A stretch of DNA of 54,378 nucleotides from an uncultured Oscillospiraceae bacterium (GTDB lineage: Bacteria; Bacillota; Clostridia; Christensenellales; CAG-138), in the NCBI GenBank assembly GCA_964541465.1, contig CAZIQO010000003.1, positions 1-54,378 of the forward strand, in the 5' to 3' direction. The stretch's first letter is position 1, and every line of letters begins with the position of its first letter. Shown one piece after another: positions 1 through 9,672 of this stretch. Position numbers and translations under genes: made by a program. The notes under the pieces were generated by a model. The model was given only the letters and a program-made list of their open reading frames with translations, made no database searches and was not told where the DNA came from.

Positions 1-315
1 CTTTGTGGGAGCGTGAACTCTTTTTCTGTTGCACTTAGTTTGACAATTCACTAACTTATGGGATGTGGAGAGCGGGGAGCAAGCAGAGAAACGTTGCTCC
101 TCCTTGGGGTACAGGAACCATCATACGTGCCGCGCTGGAAGCGATTCGGCCGGGTTGCGCGGCGGACGAGGCGCTTTACCGGCTTCTTTGCAACGAATAT
201 CCCGCGGCCCGCTCCTGATATGACGCACCGTATCGAAAACGAGCGGCCGGCGGGCCTGCAAGGCAGGCGCACCGCGCGTTTGCCGCATATTCGTGCGTGC
301 GTTCCGTTTTTTCCG

Positions 316-345
316 TTGCCGGACAAGGCGCATTCGTGCTATAAT
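316..345 (+). promoter_or_regulatory. Putative sigma-70 promoter of the EamA gene (TTGCCG-18-TGcTATAAT)
   Basis: TTGCCG at 316-321 and TATAAT at 340-345, with TGC immediately upstream (extended -10). It lies 24 nt upstream of ATG 369. Confidence 0.45.
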
Positions 346-368
346 CCGCGCATACGGGGGTAAAACCC

Positions 369-1256
369 ATGAAATGGAAAAACAGTTGCCATCTCTACTC
401 GATTATCGCCATTTTCTTCTGGTCCCTGGCCTACGTGTTCACTCGTCTGGCGCTGCAGTATTTTTCACCGTTTTCGCTTGGTCTGCTCCGGTACGCCGTG
501 GCGTCCAGCTTTCTCGTTGTTATCGTGCTGGCAAAGAAGATCCGTCTGCCGGGGAAGGCGGACGTCCCCTGGCTGATCCTGTCCGGCGCATGCGGGTTCT
601 TCCTGTATATGCTTGCGTTCAACGCCGGCAGCCAGACCGTTACGGCGGCCACGAGCTGCACGGTGATCGCAACGGTGCCGATCATCACCGCACTCCTTGC
701 AAGGCTGATCTACCGGGAAAAACTGACGGCGGTGCAGTGGGGGGCCATCGTTCTCTCGTTCGGCGGCGTCGTGGTGCTGACCGTTCTGGAGGGCGGGCTG
801 AGCGCGAACATCGGCCTTCTCTACATCATCGGCGCGGCCGTGCTGCTCAGCGTTTACAACCTCCTGCAGCGGCGGATGACGAAAAGCGCCTCGCCGCTGC
901 AGACCGTTGCGTTCAGTATCTTTTTCGGCACGCTCATGCTGTGCGTGTTCGCGCCGGCGGCGGTGACGGAGGCGTCGGGTGCGCCGCCCATCCAGATCGT
1001 ATACGTACTTTTCCTCGGTATCTTCCCGGGCGCCGTCGCCTACTGCGCCTGGACGAAGGCGCTCTCCCTTGCCGGCAACACCAGCTCGGTGAGCAACTAT
1101 CTCTTCGTGGAGCCGTTTTTGACCGCCCTGTTCGGCTACCTCATCGCCCGCGAGCGCATCGGCGGTTCCACCATTGCGGGCGGGATTATCATTCTTGCGG
1201 GACTTTTCCTCTATTATTTCGGCGGCCGGATCCGACTGCGTCGCGCGCACGGCTGA
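369..1256 (+). CDS. EamA/DMT-family permease
   Basis: 295-aa ORF, hydrophobic throughout, with two EamA-like halves (SIIAIFFWSLAYVFTRLAL..., ...GIFPGAVAYCAWTKALS...). A G-rich RBS precedes the ATG. Confidence 0.85.
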   Translation: MKWKNSCHLYSIIAIFFWSLAYVFTRLALQYFSPFSLGLLRYAVASSFLVVIVLAKKIRLPGKADVPWLILSGACGFFLYMLAFNAGSQTVTAATSCTVIATVPIITALLARLIYREKLTAVQWGAIVLSFGGVVVLTVLEGGLSANIGLLYIIGAAVLLSVYNLLQRRMTKSASPLQTVAFSIFFGTLMLCVFAPAAVTEASGAPPIQIVYVLFLGIFPGAVAYCAWTKALSLAGNTSSVSNYLFVEPFLTALFGYLIARERIGGSTIAGGIIILAGLFLYYFGGRIRLRRAHG

Positions 1257-1382
1257 GTCCGGCGTCCGAGCCGTTCATGCATGGACCGATCGCCCGGCGA
1301 ACGCCGCCGCGCCGACAGGAAACGGGGCTGAGCGCGCCCCAACGAAACGGACGGCCAAATTCAGCCGGAAAGAAGGAGAGCC

Positions 1383-4300
1383 ATGAAGCGAAGCCGTTGG
1401 ATCATCGTAACGCTGTTCCTTGCCGCCGCAGTCGGCATAGGGCTTCTCTTCCGCTGGCTGACCGCCGAGACGGCCGCCGACAGCGCGAGCCTGTCCGGTT
1501 TTCCGGTCTGCATCAGCGAAATCATGTCCTCGAACGGCAGCTATCACGACGAGCTGGGCAACGCGTACGACTGGATTGAATTATATAACAGCTCCGATCT
1601 TACGATCAGCCTCTCGCAGTACAAGCTCACGGACAACGAACGCAAGGTGCGCTATGTTTTCCCAACCGACGCGGTCATCGCGGCGAAGGGCTACTACGTG
1701 GTCTGGTGCAGAAGCAACGAAACGGACGAGCGGTATGCGGATTTTTCCCTGTCCAAGGCCGGCGGCGAAACGGTGATCCTCATGAACGACCGCAGCGTGA
1801 TCGTGGACCGCGTGGTGACGCTGCCGCTGGAGCAGGACGCCGCGATGGCGCGGGATGAAAACGGCGAGTGGCAGACGTTCGATTATGGCACGCCCGGCTA
1901 CGCGAATACGGCGGAGGGCTACGAAGCCTACCTCCTGGCGCATACGGAGAGCGATTTCCCGGTGCGGCTCAACGAGGTCATGACGTCCAACCGAAGCTAT
2001 CTGGACGAAAACCTGCTTTCGAGCGACTGGATCGAACTGTACAACGATTCCGACGCGGCCGTCGATCTGACCGGGTTTCACCTCTCCGACCGCACGGATT
2101 CGGACGGATACGTTTTCCCGGACGGCAGCGTGATCGGCGCGCGGGAATACCTGGTGATCCGCTGCGACGGGAGCGCGGCGGACGCGTATTACGCGCCGTT
2201 CTCCCTCTCCGGCTCCGGCGGCGAAACGATCGTGTTTTCGTCCGGCTCCGGCGTCGTTCTGGACCGGATGACCACGCAGACGCTGGAAACGGACGTTTCG
2301 CTGGCGCTAAGCGACGGCGGCGACTGGCTCGCAAGCGACGCGCCGACGCCCGGATTCGAGAATTCAACGGCGGGGCGCGAAGCGTATCTTGCATCTGTCG
2401 AAACGCCGGATGCGGACGTACGGATCACGGAGCTGATGGCCTCGAACCTGAGCTGCATTCAGGACGCGGAAGCGAACTTTTCGGACTGGATCGAGCTGAC
2501 GAACTGCGGGATCGGCACGGTCAGCCTTGGCGGGTACTTCCTCTCGGACAAATCGGACCGGCCCACGGAATGGGCGCTGCCAGACGTCGAGCTGGAGCCG
2601 GGCGAGCGGATCGTGGTGTTCGCCTCCGGCAGGGACTGCGTGATCGACGGGGAGCCGCATGCGAACTTTTCGCTCAACCGGCATTCGGGCGTCGTCACAC
2701 TCTGCGCGCCGGACGGGCAGATCGTCAGCAGCGTTTCCTATGAGGAGCTCGACGACGACGTCAGCTTCTATGCGGATGAAACGACGGGCGAGTGGCTCAC
2801 CACGCTGCACGCGACGCCGGGCTATCCGAACGACGACGCCGGGTACGAAGCGTTTCAAAGCGAACGGACGACGGCCGGCGCGCTGATCATCAGCGAGGCG
2901 ATGACCGGCAACGCTGCGTTTCTCGAGCAGCGCGACGGCGAATACTACGACTGGATCGAGATCAGGAACCAGTCGCAGGAGACGGTCGACCTCTCGGGCT
3001 ACGCGCTGACCGACAATCTCGAGAAAACCGAATGGTGCGCTCTGCCGCAGGAGGAACTGGAACCGGGCGAGTACCTCGTGCTGCTCTGCACGGGCGAGAC
3101 GCCGCTTACCCGCTCCGACACCGCTCAGGTTGCGCTTTCTCTCGATGCCGCGGAGGACCGGCTGTACCTGATCGACCCGGACGGCGCCGTTGCGGACTGG
3201 CTCGCGCTCGACGGCATCCCCTACGGCGCAAGCTGCGGCCGGATGATCGGAGAGAACGGGCGGTTCTACTTTTCGTCCCCTTCGCCGGGGGAGGAGAACG
3301 CGGACGGATACCGCCTGATCGCGGCGCAGCCGACGACCTCGACGCCGCCGGGGATCTACCGGGACGATACGGAACTGACGATATCGCTCTTTGCGGAGGG
3401 CGATATCTATTATACGCTCGACGGAAGCACGCCCACCGAAGAGTCGGCGCGGTATACGGAGCCGATCACGATCGAAGGCACCGCGGTGATCCGCGCCAGC
3501 GCCGTGTCCGAGGGGAAGATGATGAGCAGCCCGGTCACGCTGAACTATTTTTTGAATGTGGAGCACACGCTGCCGATCATCGCGGTGACGACGGACGAGG
3601 CGAATCTGGACGGCGAGGACGGGATCCGCGCGGAGAAAAACCTGTTCGACCGCACGGTGGAGCGCGCGGCGAACGTTGCCTTCTATTCCGACGAGGGCAG
3701 CTTCTGCGTCGACTGCGGGCTCAAGCTGCACGGGGCCGGCACGCGCGGAAAGATGACGAAGAAATCCTATAAGGTCGTCTTCCGGACGAGATACGGCGTG
3801 TCGCCGCTCGAATTCCCGCTGTTTGAGGACGACGACACCACGCAGTTTTACTCGTTCCTGATCCGCAACGGGCAGGACTACAGCCGCACGTTCCTTCGGG
3901 ACGAGCTGCTTTCGAAGATCGCGTATGAGGGAACGGACGAGCTGTTCGTGCAGGATTCCCGGTTCTGCGTGTTCTACATCAACGGCGAATACCAGGGCAT
4001 CTACTGCATCAAGGAGGCGTTCTCGTCGGGCTATTTTGCCACGCATTACGGCGTGAGCAGGGACAGCGTGGAGGTGCAGCGCGGCTATATCACCGAGGGA
4101 ACGGAGTTTCAGGAGTTGATCGCGTACGCCGAATCGCACGACCTGAGCTGCGACGAATACTACCGTTACGTCGCGGACCGGGTGAATCTCGAGAGCCTGA
4201 TCGACTGGAGCATCTACGAGGCGTATGCGGGCAACCGCGATCTTTCGGTCAACGTACGGTACTACCGAAGCACGGAGTACGACGACAACCGCTGGCACTA

Positions 4301-4697
4301 CGCGCTTTTCGACCTGGACTACGGCTTCGACGGCCCGGCGACGTTCGATTACATTCTGGCCGACGCGTGGCACGGAACGCTGCTGAAAAGGCTGCTCAAA
4401 AACGCGGATTTCAGGGAGCTGTTTCTCACGCGGATGGCGTACCAGCTGGAGAACTATTTGACGGAAGAAAACCTCATGGCGCGGGTTGCCGAGCTGTCGG
4501 AGCAGATCGAAAGCGAAATCCCGCGGGAACGGGCGCGCTGGGTCATCGACGAGGGGCGCGGTTGGGAGGCGCACCTGCAGAAGCTCAAACGCTACCTTGC
4601 GTACGATCGGGCCGATCAGCTCAGACGCAGCATTGCTACGGCGATGCGAATTCCCCTCTCCGAAGTGGAAAGCTATTTTACGGGAGACGGAACATGA
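1383..4697 (+). CDS. CotH-family protein kinase-like protein with an N-terminal signal anchor, four lamin-tail (LTD) repeats and a chitobiase/hexosaminidase-C-like module
   Basis: 1104 aa, RBS GAAGGAG. Four repeats of the pattern (I/L)xE(I/V)M(S/T)xN...DWIELxN...(L/V)SL..Y.L(T/S)D...FSLS..GE(T)(V/I). It also has a YYTLDGSTPT motif. The C-terminal ~500 aa is CotH-like (KLHG.GTRG..KKSYKV.F, FLRDEL, YINGEYQGIY). Confidence 0.9.
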   Translation: MKRSRWIIVTLFLAAAVGIGLLFRWLTAETAADSASLSGFPVCISEIMSSNGSYHDELGNAYDWIELYNSSDLTISLSQYKLTDNERKVRYVFPTDAVIAAKGYYVVWCRSNETDERYADFSLSKAGGETVILMNDRSVIVDRVVTLPLEQDAAMARDENGEWQTFDYGTPGYANTAEGYEAYLLAHTESDFPVRLNEVMTSNRSYLDENLLSSDWIELYNDSDAAVDLTGFHLSDRTDSDGYVFPDGSVIGAREYLVIRCDGSAADAYYAPFSLSGSGGETIVFSSGSGVVLDRMTTQTLETDVSLALSDGGDWLASDAPTPGFENSTAGREAYLASVETPDADVRITELMASNLSCIQDAEANFSDWIELTNCGIGTVSLGGYFLSDKSDRPTEWALPDVELEPGERIVVFASGRDCVIDGEPHANFSLNRHSGVVTLCAPDGQIVSSVSYEELDDDVSFYADETTGEWLTTLHATPGYPNDDAGYEAFQSERTTAGALIISEAMTGNAAFLEQRDGEYYDWIEIRNQSQETVDLSGYALTDNLEKTEWCALPQEELEPGEYLVLLCTGETPLTRSDTAQVALSLDAAEDRLYLIDPDGAVADWLALDGIPYGASCGRMIGENGRFYFSSPSPGEENADGYRLIAAQPTTSTPPGIYRDDTELTISLFAEGDIYYTLDGSTPTEESARYTEPITIEGTAVIRASAVSEGKMMSSPVTLNYFLNVEHTLPIIAVTTDEANLDGEDGIRAEKNLFDRTVERAANVAFYSDEGSFCVDCGLKLHGAGTRGKMTKKSYKVVFRTRYGVSPLEFPLFEDDDTTQFYSFLIRNGQDYSRTFLRDELLSKIAYEGTDELFVQDSRFCVFYINGEYQGIYCIKEAFSSGYFATHYGVSRDSVEVQRGYITEGTEFQELIAYAESHDLSCDEYYRYVADRVNLESLIDWSIYEAYAGNRDLSVNVRYYRSTEYDDNRWHYALFDLDYGFDGPATFDYILADAWHGTLLKRLLKNADFRELFLTRMAYQLENYLTEENLMARVAELSEQIESEIPRERARWVIDEGRGWEAHLQKLKRYLAYDRADQLRRSIATAMRIPLSEVESYFTGDGT

Positions 4698-5383
4698 ACG
4701 GCAAAACGCTGCGGTACGAATATAAATACGTGATCGGCGCGCAGTCGGCCGAACTGCTCAGGCGGCAGCTCGGCGCGCTTCTGCGCACGGACGAGCATGC
4801 GGACCGGGACGGGCGGTATTTCGTCCGGAGCGTGTACTTCGACGACGACGCGCTGACCGCCTACTACGACAAGCTCGCCGGGGTTGCCGTCCGCAGCAAG
4901 TACCGCCTGCGGTTTTACAATATGAACCCCGACTATCTGGTGTTTGAGGCCAAGCGGAAGCGGGGGCAGCTCGTATCGAAAAGCGCCGTGCCTGTTTCCC
5001 GCGCCGTGGCCGAGCGGATGCTCGCGGGCCGGCGGCCGGAAGGCGCGGAGCTGACGGAGCCGCTGCTCGCCGAATTCGACACGCTGACGCGCATTGGCGG
5101 AATGCGGCCGCGCGTGATCGTGGATTACGAGCGGACGGCGTTCGTGCATCCCGCGGGCGATACCCGCGTCACGCTCGATCGCGACATCCGCGCGGAGGTG
5201 TTCCGCCTGGATAACGTGTTCGTCCGGCGCGCGGCCGTTCCCGCCATGGAGGACGGCACGGCCGTGCTGGAGGTCAAGTTCTGCGGACAGCCGCCGCCGT
5301 TTCTTCTGCGGCTTCTTTCCGGCGTGCCGGAAGCGCTGACTGCGAACTCCAAGTACTGCAACTGCATGGCGGTGTATTTTTAG
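4694..5383 (+). CDS. VTC-domain (polyphosphate-polymerase-like) protein
   Basis: ATG 4694 overlaps the CotH stop (ATGA). MNGKTLRYEYKYVI...RSVYFDD...KYRLRFYN matches the bacterial VTC-domain pattern. The track ORF starting at 4367 is an upstream extension in the same frame. Confidence 0.85.
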   Translation: MNGKTLRYEYKYVIGAQSAELLRRQLGALLRTDEHADRDGRYFVRSVYFDDDALTAYYDKLAGVAVRSKYRLRFYNMNPDYLVFEAKRKRGQLVSKSAVPVSRAVAERMLAGRRPEGAELTEPLLAEFDTLTRIGGMRPRVIVDYERTAFVHPAGDTRVTLDRDIRAEVFRLDNVFVRRAAVPAMEDGTAVLEVKFCGQPPPFLLRLLSGVPEALTANSKYCNCMAVYF

Positions 5384-5399
5384 GAAAGGGCTGGAAGAG

Positions 5400-6077
5400 A
5401 TGGAAGAGTTGCTCAATACGATGAAAAGTCTGCTGCTTGAGGAGGTTGCGGCCATTCCGATCGGGCGGCTGCTCGCCGCGGTGCTCGTGGCGTGCCTTGC
5501 GGGCGTTCTGATCGGCGTTGTTTACAGGGTGACGTACGGCGGCGTGCTGTTCAACAGGCAGTTCCTGCTCGGCCTCGTGCTCATGAGCATGATCACCTCT
5601 ACGATCATCCTGGCCATTTCGTCCAATCTGGTGCTCTCCCTCGGCATGGTCGGCGCGCTGTCCATCGTCCGGTTCCGGACCGCGATCAAGGAGCCGATGG
5701 ACACGATCTTCATGTTCTGGGCGCTGGCCGCCGGGATTCTGGCGGGAGCGGGCTTTTTCCTCATCGCCATACTGGCCACGCTCATCGTCGGGGTGCTGTT
5801 CATCCTGCTGAAAGCCTGCGGACGGTTCTTCCGGCCGAGCGATTCGTATCTTTTGATCGTCCGCTACGGGCTCGAAGCGGAGAAGCCGCTGAAGGCCGCC
5901 CTGAGAAAGCTGTCGGCGCCGAAGGTGAAATCAAAGCGTTCGACCGCCGACGGGCAGGAACTTGTGCTGGAGGTTCGCCTCAGCGGCGAGCAGATGAAAG
6001 CGCTCGACGCCGTCCGCGCGCTTCCGGGCGTTCAGGAGCTCAATCTGGTCGCCAACTGCCAGGACACGCAGCTCTGA
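5400..6077 (+). CDS. DUF4956-family membrane protein
   Basis: 225 aa with 4-5 TM segments. The core SLGMVGALSIVRFRTAIKEPMDTIFMFWALAAGI is typical of DUF4956. It lies 16 nt after the VTC gene. Confidence 0.85.
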   Translation: MEELLNTMKSLLLEEVAAIPIGRLLAAVLVACLAGVLIGVVYRVTYGGVLFNRQFLLGLVLMSMITSTIILAISSNLVLSLGMVGALSIVRFRTAIKEPMDTIFMFWALAAGILAGAGFFLIAILATLIVGVLFILLKACGRFFRPSDSYLLIVRYGLEAEKPLKAALRKLSAPKVKSKRSTADGQELVLEVRLSGEQMKALDAVRALPGVQELNLVANCQDTQL

Positions 6078-6105
6078 CGGACGCTTTGCCGCGGCAGAGG
6101 CGGCG

Positions 6106-6537
6106 CTATGCTTCCGCTTCGCCGGCGCAGATCTTCCGAATCTCTTCGACGGCCATCGAAATCAGTTCCCGGATCGTCCGGCCGGACACGCCAACAACGG
6201 TGCTTCGGCACAGGCTGATGGGGATGAGCAGGCGCCTTGCGCGGCTTTGCCCCACCGCGACGGCCATCGCCGGGGAGATCTCGCCGAGCATCGAGTCGGC
6301 AATGGCGATTCCAAGCGGGCCCGCGATCACGTCCGCGCTGCGGCAGTTGACGACGACCGCGTTTTCCCCCGTCGCGCAGCGGTCCGCGCCCGCCTTCATC
6401 ATCGTGCCCGTCGCGACGCTGTTCGTGCCGACGGCGACGACGTCCGCGTCCGGCGCGTAGGCGCGGATTCCTTCGATGAGCTGCTTTCCGATCCGCCCGC
6501 CCTGGCCGTCGATCACAAGAACCGTTATCCTGCTCAT
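6106..6537 (-). CDS. DUF3842-family protein
   Basis: MSRITVLVIDGQGGRIGKQLIEGIR...GTNSVATGTMMKAGADRCATGENAVVVN...MLGEISPAMA matches the DUF3842 pattern. I chose the start at MSRI (6537) rather than the track start at 6573. Confidence 0.8.
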   Translation of the reverse strand: MSRITVLVIDGQGGRIGKQLIEGIRAYAPDADVVAVGTNSVATGTMMKAGADRCATGENAVVVNCRSADVIAGPLGIAIADSMLGEISPAMAVAVGQSRARRLLIPISLCRSTVVGVSGRTIRELISMAVEEIRKICAGEAEA

Positions 6538-6902
6538 GCCAGCGATCCCCCTTCCGAACTTACACTCCAGCATAGCACATTTTCGGACCGTTTGTCGAAC
6601 GGCGGCGCGTCCGGAACGGTGTATTTTGGGTCGGCGTGCTCTTTTCGGCTCCGGCGGCGAAAACGCTGCGTCCGTCCCTTCGGCGCGGGCGTTTTCCCGA
6701 AAATGGAACGGTTATGTTCGCATGCTCCGGCATACACTGGACCGAACGGAGCGGCGCGGGCGGGCGGATACGGGAAACGGTTTTACAAAGCGCCGGTTTG
6801 TGGTATGGTATCGGTAAGAAAACGCATCGCCGTTCGGACCGGCCCGGGAGCGCGCCCGCTTTCAGGTTGAATCCGAGCGCGGTGGGGAAGGTGCGAAACG
6901 CA

Positions 6903-7622
6903 ATGTTCTATGTGCTTCCCTCGCTGGCCGTGATCGGCATCTACATTCTGGCGGCGGTGCTGCCGGCCCTGTTTCTGATGCGCTATGTCTACCGCAAGGA
7001 CACCATCGAGAAGGAGCCGCCGCGGCTTTTATGGTCGCTGGCGCTGCTGGGCGTTGTCGCGGCGTTCATTTCGGCGGTGCTCGAGTATGTCGGCCAGAGC
7101 GTCCTTTCGGCGTTTCTGACGGAGGGAAGCCCGGCGTATAACGTGATTTCGGCGTTTCTCATCGTTGCGCTCGTGGAAGAAGGCACGAAGTTCTTCTTCC
7201 TCAAACGCCGGACCTGGCGCGACCCGAACTTCAATTACCGCTTCGACGGCATCGTGTACGCGGTGTTCGTTTCGCTCGGTTTCGCGGCGATCGAAAACGT
7301 TATCTACGTGATGGGGTACGGGCTGACCACGGCCGTGACCCGCGCGATTCTCGCGATCCCCGGACATGCGGGATTCGCGGTGTTCATGGGGCTGTTTTAC
7401 GGGCGCGCGAAACTCTGCGCGGACCGCGGGAACAGACGCGGGAAGACGATCAATCTCTGGGCGGGGTATATCACCGCCGTGGTGCTGCACGGGTTTTACG
7501 ACGCGTGCGTGATGATCGGAAACGTGCTCTCGACGGCGCTGTTCGTCGTGTTCGTGGTCGCGATGTATATCATCGTCATCCGCCTCATCAAGCGGGAATC
7601 CGCGACCGACATGCCCGTCTAA
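6903..7622 (+). CDS. PrsW-family intramembrane metalloprotease
   Basis: Start at MFYVL (ATG 6903). PrsW motifs are present: EEGTKF, GFAAIEN, HGFYD. It is a multi-TM protein. Confidence 0.85.
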   Translation: MFYVLPSLAVIGIYILAAVLPALFLMRYVYRKDTIEKEPPRLLWSLALLGVVAAFISAVLEYVGQSVLSAFLTEGSPAYNVISAFLIVALVEEGTKFFFLKRRTWRDPNFNYRFDGIVYAVFVSLGFAAIENVIYVMGYGLTTAVTRAILAIPGHAGFAVFMGLFYGRAKLCADRGNRRGKTINLWAGYITAVVLHGFYDACVMIGNVLSTALFVVFVVAMYIIVIRLIKRESATDMPV

Positions 7623-7642
7623 GCGGCGGGCGGCCGCGGCCG

Positions 7643-7813
7643 CAAAAAGTTTTTTTGCAGGGGGGTTCCCCCTGCGCCCCACCCAAGTGACACGTCCCTT
7701 GGGAATCCCTGAACCCGCAGGTACCCTATTTCGGGGCGCTTGCGGAAGCGGGTTCTTAGGGCCGTTACGGCCCTGAGCGGTGGAGCCTCCAACGCATCCT
7801 TTTTTTCGACAAA
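7643..7813 (+). repeat. Multi-hairpin intergenic repeat element, copy 1
   Basis: Aligns with 12332-12502, 27755-27939 and the reverse complement of 23831-23967. It shares the hairpins TGCAGGGG..CCCCTGC, CCCAAG(G/T)GACA..TCCCTTGGG, CCGCA..TTGCGG and AGGGCCGTTACGGCCCT. It begins 20 nt after the prsW-like stop. Confidence 0.9.
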
Positions 7814-7840
7814 CCGGGCGGCCGAGAGGCCGCCCGGTTT
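7811..7840 (+). terminator. Hairpin AAACCGGGCGGCC-GAGA-GGCCGCCCGGTTT (terminator-like)
   Basis: Perfect GC-rich stem flanked by AAA and TTT. The 16 nt left of element copy 1 (7628-7643) repeat part of this hairpin. Confidence 0.6.
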
Positions 7841-7899
7841 CTGCCCGCCCGCCGGATTCCGATTGCGGGAACCGCGTGGCGGCGTCCGTCCGCGCCGTA

Positions 7900-7928
7900 T
7901 TGCCCGCGGCGGGCGGTTATGGTATGAT
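7900..7928 (+). promoter_or_regulatory. Putative promoter TTGCCC-17-TGgTATGAT
   Basis: -35 at 7900-7905 and -10 at 7923-7928 with an upstream TGG. It lies about 70 nt upstream of ATG 8000. Confidence 0.5.
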
Positions 7929-7999
7929 AGCCACGATATTTGTCGGGCCGCGGCCGGCCCGGCGCCGGTGCGGGGATGGACCGGGGGAAGGGGCGGCGC

Positions 8000-9670
8000 A
8001 TGAAGCGATTCGTTACGCGCGCGGACGGGGGGCTTGCGTTCGGCGCCGCGGCGAAATGGCTCTTCATCGTATCGGCGACGGCGGCGGCCGGCATGTTCTC
8101 GATCAAGGGGAGCCTGCCGTTTATCGCGGCGGGCGTTCCGCTCGCGTTCGCCGTGCTGTGCGTCGCGGTGTTCCGCTTCCGCTTTCTTGAGAAGACGTTC
8201 GCCGCATACTGCCGCTGGCAGGCGATCCTGAGCCTCGCGCTGGCCGCCTATGCGGCGGTCTGCTACGCGGGGTACTTCTGTGACCGTCTCTACCGGGCGG
8301 GCGAGGAGCTCGGCAGCGACGCCGTGACGCGGGCGATCGGAGCATACGGAAAGGCGTTCGCGCTCGTCGTGGGCGTCGTTTCGGCGCTGGCGCTGTTTGT
8401 CTATCTTTACTGGTTCGTCAGCCGGTTTAGTGCGGTGGCGAAGCGCTTCCTCCGGGGCGGCGACGCGGTGGAACGGTGGTATCTGCCGATCGCGTTCATC
8501 GCCGCCGCGGTGCTGATCGTGCTGCTCTACAGCCGGACGAGCGTGTTTTCCGGCCCCAACATCGACGCGGACAACGTATGGGACAAAATCGACATCGTCT
8601 ACACGAGCGACACCTCCTCGCTCGTGGAGCAGAATGTGTTCCTCAACGTCGGCGCGTCGGAAAACGACCTGCGCCAGCCGTTCTTCGGGGTGTTCGCCGC
8701 GCCGTTCGCGCTGGCGGCCTCGCTGATTTCCAAGCTGCTGTTCTTTCTGCCGGGCGCCTACTGCGTGCTGATCCAGCTGCTGCAGGCGGGATTGCTGCTT
8801 TTTACCGCGCTGATGATCGGCAGGATGCTGACGATTCAGGGCGCGGAGAAGGCGCTGTTTCTTTCGGCGTTTACATTTCTGTATCCGACGCTGCTGTTTC
8901 TTCTGAACATGGAGCAGTACATCTTTTCCGTGTTCTGGCTCGTGCTGCTCGTCTGGCAGTTCGTCTCGGCCGACCCGGGCGACCGGTCGGACGCGTGGGT
9001 TGCGGCGGCGGGCTCCACGCTGACGAGCGGCATATTGCTCGTTCTGGTGCCGAAGAGCCGGCGCTTGGGGGCCTGGCTGAAGGAATGCCTGCTTGCCGCC
9101 GTGAAGTTTGCCGCCGTGGCGGCGCTGTTCGGACGCGCCGCGATGATGGCCTCCTCCGCCGCGTCGATGCAGTTTCTGATGCAGTTTACGGGCGAACAGG
9201 TGCCGCTGCTTGGCAGGATGCAGCAGTACGCGGCGTTCGTTTCGGCATGCTTCGTCCCGCCGGCGGCGGAGGTCGTGCGGTATGAATCGGGCGTTACGGC
9301 CTACCAGCTCAGCGCGGTGACCGGCTGGAGCGTGCCGGGGCTTGTGCTGGCCGCGGCGGCGCTCGCGGGCTTCCTGCTCAACCGCAGGGACTCGTATGCG
9401 CGCGTCTGCGCCGGGTGGGCCGCGTTTTCGTTCGTTCTGCTGTGCCTGATCGGCTGGGGGACCTCGGAAAACGGCCTGGTGCTGTACACGCTCTATTTTT
9501 CATGGGCGTTCGTGTCGCTGATCGCGCTTCTGATACGCCGCGTGTTCGGCCGGCGCAGGACGGTCCGGTGCGCGCTGTTTGCGGCGGCCGCGGCGGCGCT
9601 GCTGATTCTGAACATACCGGGCATCGGCGAACTGGTGCGGTTCGGCATGCAATACTATCCGGCGGGGTGA
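8000..9670 (+). CDS. Large polytopic membrane protein of unknown function (possible GT-C-type glycosyltransferase)
   Basis: 556 aa from MKRFV (ATG 8000, RBS GGGGGAAGGGG), with at least 12 predicted TM helices. It ends 2 nt before the UbiA-family gene. I did not recognise a family-specific motif with certainty. Confidence 0.7.
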   Translation: MKRFVTRADGGLAFGAAAKWLFIVSATAAAGMFSIKGSLPFIAAGVPLAFAVLCVAVFRFRFLEKTFAAYCRWQAILSLALAAYAAVCYAGYFCDRLYRAGEELGSDAVTRAIGAYGKAFALVVGVVSALALFVYLYWFVSRFSAVAKRFLRGGDAVERWYLPIAFIAAAVLIVLLYSRTSVFSGPNIDADNVWDKIDIVYTSDTSSLVEQNVFLNVGASENDLRQPFFGVFAAPFALAASLISKLLFFLPGAYCVLIQLLQAGLLLFTALMIGRMLTIQGAEKALFLSAFTFLYPTLLFLLNMEQYIFSVFWLVLLVWQFVSADPGDRSDAWVAAAGSTLTSGILLVLVPKSRRLGAWLKECLLAAVKFAAVAALFGRAAMMASSAASMQFLMQFTGEQVPLLGRMQQYAAFVSACFVPPAAEVVRYESGVTAYQLSAVTGWSVPGLVLAAAALAGFLLNRRDSYARVCAGWAAFSFVLLCLIGWGTSENGLVLYTLYFSWAFVSLIALLIRRVFGRRRTVRCALFAAAAAALLILNIPGIGELVRFGMQYYPAG

Positions 9671-9672
9671 AT

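Noticed and set aside
58-315. Structured-looking GC-rich region upstream of the EamA gene, with hairpins such as GGAGCAA-N11-TTGCTCC. I considered it as a riboswitch, T-box or other ncRNA.
   Set aside because: I could not match it to the conserved cores of SAM, TPP, cobalamin, glycine, lysine, ykkC, c-di-GMP, T-box, SRP, 6S, RNase P or tmRNA. It may belong to a feature cut off by the window edge. An Rfam cmscan would be needed.
293-1579. 428-aa ORF on the plus strand overlapping the EamA gene in another frame
   Set aside because: The translation is Arg/Pro/Gly/Ala-rich and low in complexity, which is typical of off-frame ORFs in high-G+C DNA. The overlapping 369-1256 frame gives a clean EamA transporter.
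2364-4574. 736-aa antisense ORF opposite the CotH gene
   Set aside because: It is a shadow ORF: Arg-rich with no recognisable domains. The sense frame has strong CotH/LTD homology patterns.
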